This document shows positions 26,847 through 35,329 of a DNA stretch of 64,000 bases, in pieces; the stretch's first letter is position 1, and each line of letters starts with the position of its first letter. The stretch spans positions 11,110 through 75,109 of the forward strand of contig JAHECS010000003.1 in assembly GCA_024641635.1 (NCBI GenBank). The letters run 5' to 3'. This DNA comes from Actinomycetes bacterium. Lineage in GTDB: Bacteria > Actinomycetota > Actinomycetes > S36-B12. A program made the translations under genes and the position numbers. The notes under the pieces are model-generated. The model was given only the letters and a program-made list of their open reading frames with translations, had not been told where the DNA came from and did no database searches.

Positions 26847-27695
26847 CTAGATCGGCGGACTGGACATGACCCGGTTGCGCCCGGCGTCCTTGGCCATCGC
26901 CATCGCCCCCTCCGCGCGCTCGAGCACCGAGTCGACGCTCTCGCCGCGGCTGATGAGGGTCACGCCGATGCTCACCGTCTGCACGATGTCGCCGAACGGC
27001 ATGGGGATGGGGTCCTCGACCGCCGTGCGGATCTTGTTGGCCACCCGGATGGCGCCACGCAGGTGATGCACGCCGCGCAGCACGACCAGGAGCTGGTCGT
27101 CGTCGAGTCGGGCAACGAGGTCACCGGACCGGAGTGCGTCGGAGATGCGCCCGGTCACGATCCGCAGGACCTCATCGCCGGCCTCCCGCCCGTACTCCTC
27201 GTTGACGAACGCGAAGTCGTCGAAGTCGCAACTGGCGACGGCGATCTCCTTGCCGGTGCGCGGCGTCGCCGACAGGAGCCAGGCGACCTCGTTCAGCACC
27301 TGCTCGCGGTCCGCTACGCCCGTGACGGGATCCAGGCCGGCCGCCGGCGTCGCACCGTGCACTGTCGGGTCGAGCTGGTGGGAGTCGCGCAGCTGCAGGA
27401 GCCAGCCCCCTCCGGCGCGTGGCATCGACAGCGCGCAGACCCACCGGGCGGCGTCATCGGCACCCCTCAGCCGCACCCACTTCGGGCCTGCGGCCGATGT
27501 GGCGAGGAGGGCGTTCACCGCGTCGGCGTCATCAGCGACGAAGGCGTCCAGCAGGGCAGCTCCCGCCCGCAGCTGCGGGTCTGAGGCCCACAGGCACAGC
27601 GCATCGGGGCTCACGACCACGTTGACGTCACCCGCGAACCGTGACAGCTCGCCGATCTCCTCCGTGATCGCAGGCTCACTGGCACCGCCTGCCAT
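26847..27695 (-). CDS. GGDEF-domain protein with degenerate active site and PAS-like N-terminus
   Basis: DPVTG, DFDDFAFVNEEYGREAGDEVL, RSGDLVARLDDDQL, TVSIGV, AKDAGRNR. Confidence 0.82.
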   Translation of the reverse strand: MAGGASEPAITEEIGELSRFAGDVNVVVSPDALCLWASDPQLRAGAALLDAFVADDADAVNALLATSAAGPKWVRLRGADDAARWVCALSMPRAGGGWLLQLRDSHQLDPTVHGATPAAGLDPVTGVADREQVLNEVAWLLSATPRTGKEIAVASCDFDDFAFVNEEYGREAGDEVLRIVTGRISDALRSGDLVARLDDDQLLVVLRGVHHLRGAIRVANKIRTAVEDPIPMPFGDIVQTVSIGVTLISRGESVDSVLERAEGAMAMAKDAGRNRVMSSPPI

Positions 27696-27835
27696 GCTCA
27701 CCGCCCACCTCCCGGACCGACCCTGGGTCGCGCCGACCATGCTAGGGGGAAAACCGCCCGATCCGGGGACCGCCTGACGTACGCTCCGCTGCACGGGTGT
27801 CCAGCGGGCCGCCCGGGACTAAGGAGACGGGTGAC

Positions 27836-28240
27836 ATGACACGCACGGGACGCGGCCTGATGGTCGGCGCCATGGTCGCGGGGATGCTCCTCACAACAGC
27901 GGTTCCGGCCATGGCGGGCGATGTCGCCCCTCCGAACGGCAGCGTCGTGGGCGATTGGCGCACCTCGACCGACGGCGTTCGCCAGACGCTGACCTTCGAC
28001 TCCGACGGGAGCGTCTACGGCGACTCCGGGTGCAACCGATTCACCGGCGGATACACGATCAAGGGCGACCGCATCAAGATCGGGCCCCTCGCATCGACTC
28101 TCAAGGCCTGCCCGGAGCCGATCATGGGCGCCGAGATGGCCTTCCTGACCACGCTGCAGTCCGCCAAGACGTTCGCAGCCACGGACACCCGGCTCAAGCT
28201 CTACGGCCCCAGCGACGTCCTGAAGCTCCGAGCCGTCTAG
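27836..28240 (+). CDS. Secreted META-domain (HslJ-like) protein
   Basis: AAGGAG RBS, signal ending AMA, GDSGCNRFTGGY, STLKAC. Confidence 0.85.
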   Translation: MTRTGRGLMVGAMVAGMLLTTAVPAMAGDVAPPNGSVVGDWRTSTDGVRQTLTFDSDGSVYGDSGCNRFTGGYTIKGDRIKIGPLASTLKACPEPIMGAEMAFLTTLQSAKTFAATDTRLKLYGPSDVLKLRAV

Positions 28241-28246
28241 GACGAC

Positions 28247-28795
28247 TCAACCGCTGCCGAGGTCAGCGCTCATCGACGAGACCCGGCCTCCCTCGTCGAA
28301 CTCGAAGTACGTCACCCCTCGGTCATTGACTGGGAGCCGGTCGGCGCCGTCGGTGCCGAGGGCCACATGGATCTTCTGGGTGCTCCACTTCGTGATGTCC
28401 ACGAGGAGCTCCGACAGTTCTGCTCGGGTGAAGTGCCTGTGTGCCTCGGCGACCATGGCGTCGTCGATGTCGGCCGGCCGCCAGATGACTGCGTCGACGA
28501 TGCGCAGCGCCACCTTGTGGCGATCGCTCAGCGAGCTGTCCTCGTAGTGGTCGATCTGCGCGGTCAGCTCATCGTCCGCACCCTCGCGGGCGGCGTCCCC
28601 CAGCCGCAGCGTCTGGCAGATGCGACAGTCGTGCTGCCGTGCGCAGCGGAGTCGGACGAGCTCAGTCGTCACAGGATCGAGGTGCCGCGAGCGCATGACG
28701 GCGTCCTGGTAGGCGGCCAGGAGCCGGACCAGCGCAGCGTCCCGACCGACGGGGCGGCCGTCGGCCCCGACCGGCACCCGGACGTCCCTGCTCAT
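28247..28795 (-). CDS. AhpD/carboxymuconolactone decarboxylase-like protein
   Basis: LDPVTTELVRLRCARQHDCRIC (CxxC), LSDRHKVAL. Confidence 0.75.
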   Translation of the reverse strand: MSRDVRVPVGADGRPVGRDAALVRLLAAYQDAVMRSRHLDPVTTELVRLRCARQHDCRICQTLRLGDAAREGADDELTAQIDHYEDSSLSDRHKVALRIVDAVIWRPADIDDAMVAEAHRHFTRAELSELLVDITKWSTQKIHVALGTDGADRLPVNDRGVTYFEFDEGGRVSSMSADLGSG

Positions 28796-29145
28796 GCCGG
28801 GTCTCCCAGCAGGCGCGCGGCCGCGACGTCGAGCCGGGCACGCGCCTCGATGAGGTAGGAGGCCATGACAAGGTCGGAGAGCCCCCCGTCCGGGAAGTAG
28901 GCCGCCGCCGTTCGAACAGTCTCGTCGTCCAGACCGGAGACGTCGACCAGCATCTGGTCGAGCACGGCGCACGCCGCCGACTCGCGCGCGTCCCGCGGCT
29001 CACGTGACGGCACGCCGGCGGCCACCACCTCGGTGATCCGCTGCTGGGCGAGATCCAGCAGTTCGGGCTCCACGACCTCGCGCGCCCTCGCGATGGCTGC
29101 GTCGAGCGCCGTCATCGCTTCCGGCTGCTCGTCCCGAAGGGTCAT
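28792..29145 (-). CDS. Hypothetical helical protein coupled to the AhpD-like gene
   Basis: ATGA overlap with downstream gene; TACGAT -10 box 6 nt before ATG. Confidence 0.65.
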   Translation of the reverse strand: MTLRDEQPEAMTALDAAIARAREVVEPELLDLAQQRITEVVAAGVPSREPRDARESAACAVLDQMLVDVSGLDDETVRTAAAYFPDGGLSDLVMASYLIEARARLDVAAARLLGDPA

Positions 29146-29181
29146 CGCGTCATCGTAGAAGCGGACTGCGAGGATGCGCGA

Positions 29182-29838
29182 GTGCCCTCACCCGACGTCA
29201 TCCTGATGGATCTGGACGGCACGATCACGGACTCCATCCCGGGCATCCTGCGCTGCCTGCGCCTCGCCCTGCCCGTGATCGGCATGGAGGACGTCGGCGA
29301 TGAGGAGCTGCAGACGTGGCTCGGACCGCCACTGCGTCACACCGTGCTGGAGCGCTACGGAAAGTCCGAGCGAGAGCTCGACGAGTTCGTCACGGTCTAT
29401 CGCGCGCACTACTTCGGCGGCGGCGAGTTCGAGTTCGCCGTCTTCCCAGGGATGGCGGACCTCGTCAGCGACATCGCCGCGAGCGACTCCAGCCTGGTCC
29501 TTGCGACCGCGAAGCCGATCGAGTCGGCACAGCGAGTTCTCGATCGAGCCGGGCTCCTCGACTTCTTCGACTTCGTCAGCGGCACCGAGCTCGACCTGAT
29601 GCGGCAGGACAAGCCGAGCATCATCGCTCACGGCATCGAGGGGATCGGCAGGGATCCGGCCGTCGTCGACGCCATCGTGGTCGGCGACCGCCGGGAGGAC
29701 ATCGCGGGCGCCAGGCACCACGGCTACCCGTCGGTGGGCGTGCGCTGGGGCTATGCGGAGGTCGGCGAGCTCGAGGGGGCGGGGGCCACGCACCTCGTCG
29801 ACGACGCAGGCCAGCTCCGCGACCTCCTGGGCCTGTGA
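29182..29838 (+). CDS. HAD-family hydrolase (phosphoglycolate phosphatase-like)
   Basis: DLDGTITDS, LATAK, VGDRREDI, VRWGY. Confidence 0.88.
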   Translation: MPSPDVILMDLDGTITDSIPGILRCLRLALPVIGMEDVGDEELQTWLGPPLRHTVLERYGKSERELDEFVTVYRAHYFGGGEFEFAVFPGMADLVSDIAASDSSLVLATAKPIESAQRVLDRAGLLDFFDFVSGTELDLMRQDKPSIIAHGIEGIGRDPAVVDAIVVGDRREDIAGARHHGYPSVGVRWGYAEVGELEGAGATHLVDDAGQLRDLLGL

Positions 29839-29875
29839 CGCCAACCGGCCTGGGCGCCTGCCTGGCACGCCACGA

Positions 29876-31054
29876 TCAGTGCGGCAGCACGCCCCCTCCG
29901 GCCGCCTGAGCCTGCGGAAGGGGCAGGTCCAGCGTCACGTCCTTCTCGTAGGAGGGCCGGCAGGGGTACTGGGCATACCAGTGGATGTACGGGATGACGA
30001 TGTGGGACTCGACGCGCTCCTGCGACCAGCCCGCCTTCACATACGCCCGAGCATCCGGCCGGCCGTGCCCGTCCAGTCCCCAGCTGTACCAGGTCCGTCC
30101 ACCACGTGACAGCTGGCGGGAGACCCGCGCGTTGTAGCGCTTGGTCAGCAGGAGGTCGCGATCGAACCACTCCTCGTCCTGCCAGGTCTCGGTGTTGATC
30201 TGGAACAGGCCGAGGTCGTCTGTCGCCGAGACAGCGTCCGCCCGTCCGCCGCTCTCCCGCATGACGACGGCCCAGGCCTCACGCAGGTTCTCCCCCTCGA
30301 AGCCGGAGCGCGCCAACAGCCGGGTCAGCCAGTCCCCGCACCGCTTGATGCGGCCGTAGTCGGCGCTGCGGTCGGCGCGGGTGACGCGCATCAGGTCGCG
30401 GTACCGGCCGCGCGCGCGGTCAGCAGCCCGCTGAGTCGCTGCCACGTCCCTTGCCGTCCGCGCTGCCTCGGACCGCGCAGCCTCGGCCAGCGCGGCCGCC
30501 TCATCACGACCGATCGCAGCGGCAGCGGCAGCCGACGCGGCCAGGGCGCGAGCGTGCTCAGCCCTGGACTTCGTCAGCACCGAGTCCCGGCTCACGGCGG
30601 CGAGGTACTGCCGGGTGAGCAGGCTGCGGGTGAAACCCACGCTGCTGTCCGCCGTGAGCAGGACCTCGGCGAGCGTGGGAGCCGTGCCGCCGGAGACGTA
30701 CATCGTCCGCGCGGCATCGTCGATGGCGTCCTGGCCGCGTATCGCCGCACGGTCGGCGAGGGCCAGGGCCAGCCCCGTCTCACGCACCGTGCCATGCGCC
30801 GCGCCGAGGGAGGCGTCCGCCGCATGTCTGGCCGCCAGCGCCAGCACCTGTCGAGCCCGTGCGTCCTGGTACTGGGTTCGCGTCGTGGTGACCGCACGCG
30901 TGGCAGCGGGTATCGCAGCCAGCGCCTCGATGAACGTGAGCGCCTGGATGCTTGCGGTCGGGCGGTCGGACGACGTCGCGAACGCCGGGGCGTTGGGCAC
31001 GAGGGTGACGGCCGCGGCACAACCGGCCACGATGATCCTCGCGCCGCGTCCCAT
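29876..31054 (-). CDS. Secreted coiled-coil protein with C-terminal lytic transglycosylase (SLT/lysozyme-like) domain
   Basis: Signal ending AFA, Ala-rich coil, VMRESGG (catalytic Glu) and DLGLFQIN. Confidence 0.72.
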   Translation of the reverse strand: MGRGARIIVAGCAAAVTLVPNAPAFATSSDRPTASIQALTFIEALAAIPAATRAVTTTRTQYQDARARQVLALAARHAADASLGAAHGTVRETGLALALADRAAIRGQDAIDDAARTMYVSGGTAPTLAEVLLTADSSVGFTRSLLTRQYLAAVSRDSVLTKSRAEHARALAASAAAAAAIGRDEAAALAEAARSEAARTARDVAATQRAADRARGRYRDLMRVTRADRSADYGRIKRCGDWLTRLLARSGFEGENLREAWAVVMRESGGRADAVSATDDLGLFQINTETWQDEEWFDRDLLLTKRYNARVSRQLSRGGRTWYSWGLDGHGRPDARAYVKAGWSQERVESHIVIPYIHWYAQYPCRPSYEKDVTLDLPLPQAQAAGGGVLPH

Positions 31055-31083
31055 GTCCATAGTGTCGGCCCGCCGAGAGAGAG

Positions 31084-31107
31084 CCGGGGCCCCAACCGGG
31101 GCCTCGG
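31084..31107 (-). terminator. Hairpin downstream of tRNA-Leu
   Basis: CCGAGGCCCC-GGTT-GGGGCCCCGG followed by a CT-rich tail on the minus strand. Confidence 0.5.
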
Positions 31108-31115
31108 GACACTGC

Positions 31116-31202
31116 TGGTGCGCGAGGGGGGAGTTGAACCCCCACACCCTTTCGGGCACACGGACCTGAACCGTGCGCGTCTGCCTATTCCGCCACTCGC
31201 GC
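31116..31202 (-). tRNA. tRNA-Leu(CAG)
   Basis: GCGCGAG/CTCGCGC acceptor stem, anticodon arm CACGG-TTCAGGT-CCGTG, long variable arm, GGTTCAA T-loop, encoded CCA. Confidence 0.96.
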
Positions 31203-31359
31203 GTGTAGCGGGTGAAGCGTACAGGGGACGCGTGAGGGCCATCCAGTTCGGGGTGAGCCGCCCGGTGCGGGTCCCCGGCCATCCCCACACGGGGGGTTAG
31301 CATCGACCAACGCCGGCATGGCCGGTGCTGCTACTGCTGTCCGCGAAGCGGAGGACCTG

Positions 31360-32046
31360 GTGGGACTGCTGGAACGGTTCGAGGATTCCCTCGACCGCCT
31401 CGTCAACGGCGCGTTCGCGCGCGCCTTCAAGGCCGAGGTGCAGCCCGTCGAGATCGCATCGGCCCTCCAACGCGAGGTGAACGATCGGGCCGCCGTCATC
31501 GACCGCGAGCGCACGGTGATCCCGAACGTGTTCCACGTCGAGCTGTCCGAGCACGACTACCGGCGCCTGGCGGTGTTCAAGGATGCGCTGCAGACCGAGC
31601 TGTCCACCCTGGTCCGGGACTACGGCGCCGAGCAGCGCTACACGCTGCTGGGTCCCGTGCAGGTCAATCTCGGCCAGGACGACGAGCTCGAGACGGGCAT
31701 CTTCCGCGTCCGCAGCGAGGCGCGGGCCGAGGTTCGATCGGTCGGGGGCCAGCAGGTGGCCAGCGTGGACGCTCGTCAGCCGCGCCTCGAGGTCGGCGGC
31801 ACCGCCTACCCTCTCGTCCGCGCCGTGAGCCGACTCGGACGCGGCAGCGACACGGACATCCGCGTCGAGGACCCGGGAGCCTCACGCAACCACTGCGAGA
31901 TCGTCCTCGGCCAGCCACCGCTCGTCCGCGACCTGGACTCCACCAACGGGACCTACGTCAACGGCCAGCGCATCTCGCAGGTGGAGCTCGCCGACGGCAC
32001 AGCCATCACGATCGGGTCCACGCAACTGGTGTTCCGGAGCGGCTGA
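31360..32046 (+). CDS. fhaA: DUF3662/FHA domain protein FhaA
   Basis: AFARAFKAEVQPVEIA; C-terminal FHA (LGRG, ASRNH, DLDSTNGT); GGAGG RBS. Confidence 0.9.
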   Translation: MGLLERFEDSLDRLVNGAFARAFKAEVQPVEIASALQREVNDRAAVIDRERTVIPNVFHVELSEHDYRRLAVFKDALQTELSTLVRDYGAEQRYTLLGPVQVNLGQDDELETGIFRVRSEARAEVRSVGGQQVASVDARQPRLEVGGTAYPLVRAVSRLGRGSDTDIRVEDPGASRNHCEIVLGQPPLVRDLDSTNGTYVNGQRISQVELADGTAITIGSTQLVFRSG

Positions 32047-32049
32047 CCC

Positions 32050-32535
32050 GTGTCCGAGCTCGCGCTGACCCTCGTGCGGCTGGGGTTCCTCACTCTCCTG
32101 TGGACCTTCGTGCTCATCACGGTCCTCGCCCTGCGACGCGATCTCAAGCAGCCGGCCGAGGCACGCCCCGTCGGGCGCGAACGGAAGGCCGCCCGAGCGC
32201 CCAAGCCGCCCAAGCCCCCGAAGGTCGCCAAGCAGCAGAAGGTCAAGGGCAGCAAGCTCGTCGTGATCGAAGGCCCCCTCGAAGGGACCATCGTGCCCCT
32301 CGGCGACGTCCAGATCACCATCGGTCGCGCACCCGACTCGACCCTGATCGTCGACGACGACTACGCATCGAGCCGTCACGCCCGCATCTACCCGTCCGAG
32401 GGAGCCTGGGTCGTCGAGGACCTGGGCTCGACCAACGGCACGTGGATCGACCGCACCCGCATCACCTCTCCGACGGTCCTTCCTGTCGGCGCCCCGCTGC
32501 GGGTGGGCCGGACAACGCTGCAGATCCAGAAGTAG
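32050..32535 (+). CDS. fhaB: Membrane FHA domain protein FhaB/FipA
   Basis: N-terminal TM, IGRAPDS, ASSRHARI, EDLGSTNGT. Confidence 0.9.
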   Translation: MSELALTLVRLGFLTLLWTFVLITVLALRRDLKQPAEARPVGRERKAARAPKPPKPPKVAKQQKVKGSKLVVIEGPLEGTIVPLGDVQITIGRAPDSTLIVDDDYASSRHARIYPSEGAWVVEDLGSTNGTWIDRTRITSPTVLPVGAPLRVGRTTLQIQK

Positions 32536-32540
32536 ATGCC

Positions 32541-33914
32541 ATGAGCCTCAACCTGCGCTACGCGGCCCGATCGGACGTCGGCCTGATCCGGGAGGGCAAC
32601 GAGGACTCCGGCTACGCAGGACCTGCTCTCCTCATGGTCGCCGACGGCATGGGCGGTCATGCGGCAGGGGAGCTGGCCAGCGCCATCGCCGTCGCGACCG
32701 TCGCGGACCTCGACGTGCACCCTCCGGACGAGGGGACCGTGCTCAGCGCACTGGGGGAGTCCATCGCGGACGTCGGCGACGGGATCGCCGACGTGATCGA
32801 CACCGAGCCCGACCTCACGGGAATGGGAACGACGGTCACGGGGCTGTACTGGCTCGGCACGAGGATCGCCATCGTCCACGTCGGGGACTCGCGCGCCTAC
32901 CTGCTCCGCGACGACGAGCTGCAGCAGCTCACCCACGATCACACCTACGTGCAGACCCTCGTCGACGCGGGACGGATCACCGAGGAGGAGGCCACGATCC
33001 ATCCGCGGCGGTCCCTGCTCATGCGCGCGCTCGACGGCATGAACCCTGTGGAGGCCGACCTGTCCCTGCGGGAGGCACGCGCGGGGGACCGCTACATGCT
33101 GTGCACCGACGGTCTCTCCGGAGTCGTCACAGCTGACGAGATCGCCGCCCACCTTCGTCAGGGCGACCCCACCGGCGCCGTGACCCGCCTCGTCGACCTG
33201 GCCTTGGAGCGCGGCGCCCCCGACAACGTCACGGTCGTCGTGGCCGATGTCGTCGACGTGCCGCAGGCGGCACAGGGCGTGGCCGAGGTCGACCGGACCT
33301 ACGCCCCGGTGGTCGTGGGCGCAGCTGGGGAACCCCGGGTGCGGCTCCGGCTCCCCTCGGTTCGCTTCCCGGACGACGCGCAGCCCGACCCGGACCGGCC
33401 GGACCGCCCGCTCCCCGTCGACAGCGGCCCTCCGACGGCCCCCCAACCCCTCATCGATGCCGAGATCGTGGTGCCGGCGGCTGAGGCAGCGCGTCGCAGG
33501 GCTCGCGAGGAAGCGGAGGAGGAGGAGCAGCAGGGACGGCGCAGGAAGCTGTGGTGGTCCGTCGGGGGGATCGCCGCGGCCGTCGTCGCCCTCCTCGTCG
33601 CGGGCACTCTCGTCGCGTCCTCATGGCTGTCGACCCAGTGGTACGTCGCGGTCAACGGCAGCGCGGGGACCGGAACGGTGGCGGTCTACCAGGGCATCCA
33701 GGGCAGTCTCCTGAACTACCCGCTCTCGAGCCTGCAGTACGACTCCGGGCTGCAGGTCGGCACACTGCCGTTCTTCGACCAGGAGCTCGTGAGCAAGGGG
33801 ATCCCGGCCGCCGACGAGGCCGACGCCCAGCGCATCGTCACCGAGCTGCAGGGCCGCGCGGACGACTGCGCCACCTTGATGCCTCCCTCCGGATGCCCAG
33901 GCGAGCCGACGTGA
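32541..33914 (+). CDS. pstP: PP2C Ser/Thr phosphatase with TM and extracellular domain
   Basis: SDVGLIREGNED, VADGMGGH, GMGTT, HVGDSRAY, CTDGL, PDNVT. Confidence 0.92.
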   Translation: MSLNLRYAARSDVGLIREGNEDSGYAGPALLMVADGMGGHAAGELASAIAVATVADLDVHPPDEGTVLSALGESIADVGDGIADVIDTEPDLTGMGTTVTGLYWLGTRIAIVHVGDSRAYLLRDDELQQLTHDHTYVQTLVDAGRITEEEATIHPRRSLLMRALDGMNPVEADLSLREARAGDRYMLCTDGLSGVVTADEIAAHLRQGDPTGAVTRLVDLALERGAPDNVTVVVADVVDVPQAAQGVAEVDRTYAPVVVGAAGEPRVRLRLPSVRFPDDAQPDPDRPDRPLPVDSGPPTAPQPLIDAEIVVPAAEAARRRAREEAEEEEQQGRRRKLWWSVGGIAAAVVALLVAGTLVASSWLSTQWYVAVNGSAGTGTVAVYQGIQGSLLNYPLSSLQYDSGLQVGTLPFFDQELVSKGIPAADEADAQRIVTELQGRADDCATLMPPSGCPGEPT

Positions 33915-35329
33915 CGATCCCTGCCGATGTCATGCAGTCCGTAGCACCACCTGCGCGGCGGCAGCCGAGTCGCCGCAACCTGGAACTGGTGCTGCTCGTC
34001 TTCGCGTGGGCGATCGGCCTGCTCGGCACCCTGCAGATCGGCTGGGCCATCGGCCGGGACCCGGACGCCGGCCTGTGGGTCACTTCCGGCGTCATCGGCC
34101 TGCTCGCCCTTCTCATGCACGTCATCGTCCGCTGGAAGGCCCGATACGCCGATCCCTTCCTGCTCCCTGTGGCGACCCTGCTCACCATCCTCGGCCTCGT
34201 GATGATCTACCGACTCGACGTCGCCGAGGCACGGCGGGCCGAGCTGAACGGCAATCCCGTTCCCACTCCGGACGTGTACTCCCAGCTCACCTGGTTCACC
34301 GTCGCGGTGATCCTGTTCGTGTCGGTGCTGGTGCTCCTGCGCGACCACCGCATCCTCCAGCGCTACACGTACACCCTCGGCCTCGCCGGCCTCGTGCTGC
34401 TGATCCTTCCGCTGGCCCCGGTCGTCGGCACCACCGTCAATGGCGCGACCCTGTGGATCCGGGTCGGCGGCTTCTCGTTCCAGCCTGCGGAGCTGGCCAA
34501 GATCCTGCTGACCGTGTTCTTCGCCGGCTACCTCGTCGAGAAGCGCGACTCCCTGGCCCTGGTGCGTAAGAAGTTCCTCGGCATCGGACTGCCCCGTCCC
34601 AAGGATCTCGGCCCGATCGTGGTCGCCTGGCTGGTCTCCCTCGCCGTCCTCATCTTCGAACGGGACCTCGGCACGTCGCTGCTGTTCTTCGGCCTGTTCG
34701 TGACGATGCTCTACATCGCCACGCAGCGGCGTTCGTGGCTCGTCCTGGGGTCCGTCCTCTTCGTCGCCGGCGCGGTCGCGGCGTACTACATGTTCGGCCA
34801 CGTCCGGCTCCGGGTGACCGTCTGGCTGGACCCCTGGACCTACGCCAATGACGACGGGTACCAGATCGTCCAGTCACTGTTCGGGCTCGCCAACGGCGGC
34901 ATCCTCGGCGCGGGGCTGGGGCAGGGATTCCCGAACCTCGTCCCGTTCGCGAACACCGACTTCATCGTGGCCGCGCTCGGCGAGGAGCTCGGCGTCACCG
35001 GCCTCATCGCGATCCTGCTCCTCTACGCGATCCTCGTGGAACGCGGCCTGCGCGCTGCCCTGTCGGTACGGGACTCCTTCGGCCAGCTCGTCGCCGCAGG
35101 TCTCTCGATCACCCTGGCACTGCAGGTCTTCGTCATCATCGGTGGCGTGACCCGGTTGATCCCACTCACCGGCCTCACCACTCCCTTCCTGTCGTACGGC
35201 GGCTCGTCGCTCATCGCCAACTGGATCATCGTGGCGCTGCTGCTGCGCATCTCGGACAGGGCCAGGCGTCCTGAGGTGCACGCACCGTCGCAGGACGACG
35301 CCGTCACGCAGGTGGTGCGTCGCGTATGA
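33911..35329 (+). CDS. rodA: SEDS family peptidoglycan polymerase RodA
   Basis: FQPAELAK, ERDLGT, PFANTDFI, IPLTGLTTPFLSYGGSS. Confidence 0.93.
   Translation: MTIPADVMQSVAPPARRQPSRRNLELVLLVFAWAIGLLGTLQIGWAIGRDPDAGLWVTSGVIGLLALLMHVIVRWKARYADPFLLPVATLLTILGLVMIYRLDVAEARRAELNGNPVPTPDVYSQLTWFTVAVILFVSVLVLLRDHRILQRYTYTLGLAGLVLLILPLAPVVGTTVNGATLWIRVGGFSFQPAELAKILLTVFFAGYLVEKRDSLALVRKKFLGIGLPRPKDLGPIVVAWLVSLAVLIFERDLGTSLLFFGLFVTMLYIATQRRSWLVLGSVLFVAGAVAAYYMFGHVRLRVTVWLDPWTYANDDGYQIVQSLFGLANGGILGAGLGQGFPNLVPFANTDFIVAALGEELGVTGLIAILLLYAILVERGLRAALSVRDSFGQLVAAGLSITLALQVFVIIGGVTRLIPLTGLTTPFLSYGGSSLIANWIIVALLLRISDRARRPEVHAPSQDDAVTQVVRRV

Noticed and set aside
29876-31202. Integrated element at tRNA-Leu (or at tRNA-Ala/Ile)
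   Set aside because: No integrase and no duplicated tRNA 3' end noticed in the window.
31055-31303. ORF-track N-terminal extension of the SLT protein
   Set aside because: It runs through tRNA-Leu; the signal peptide begins at 31054/31060.
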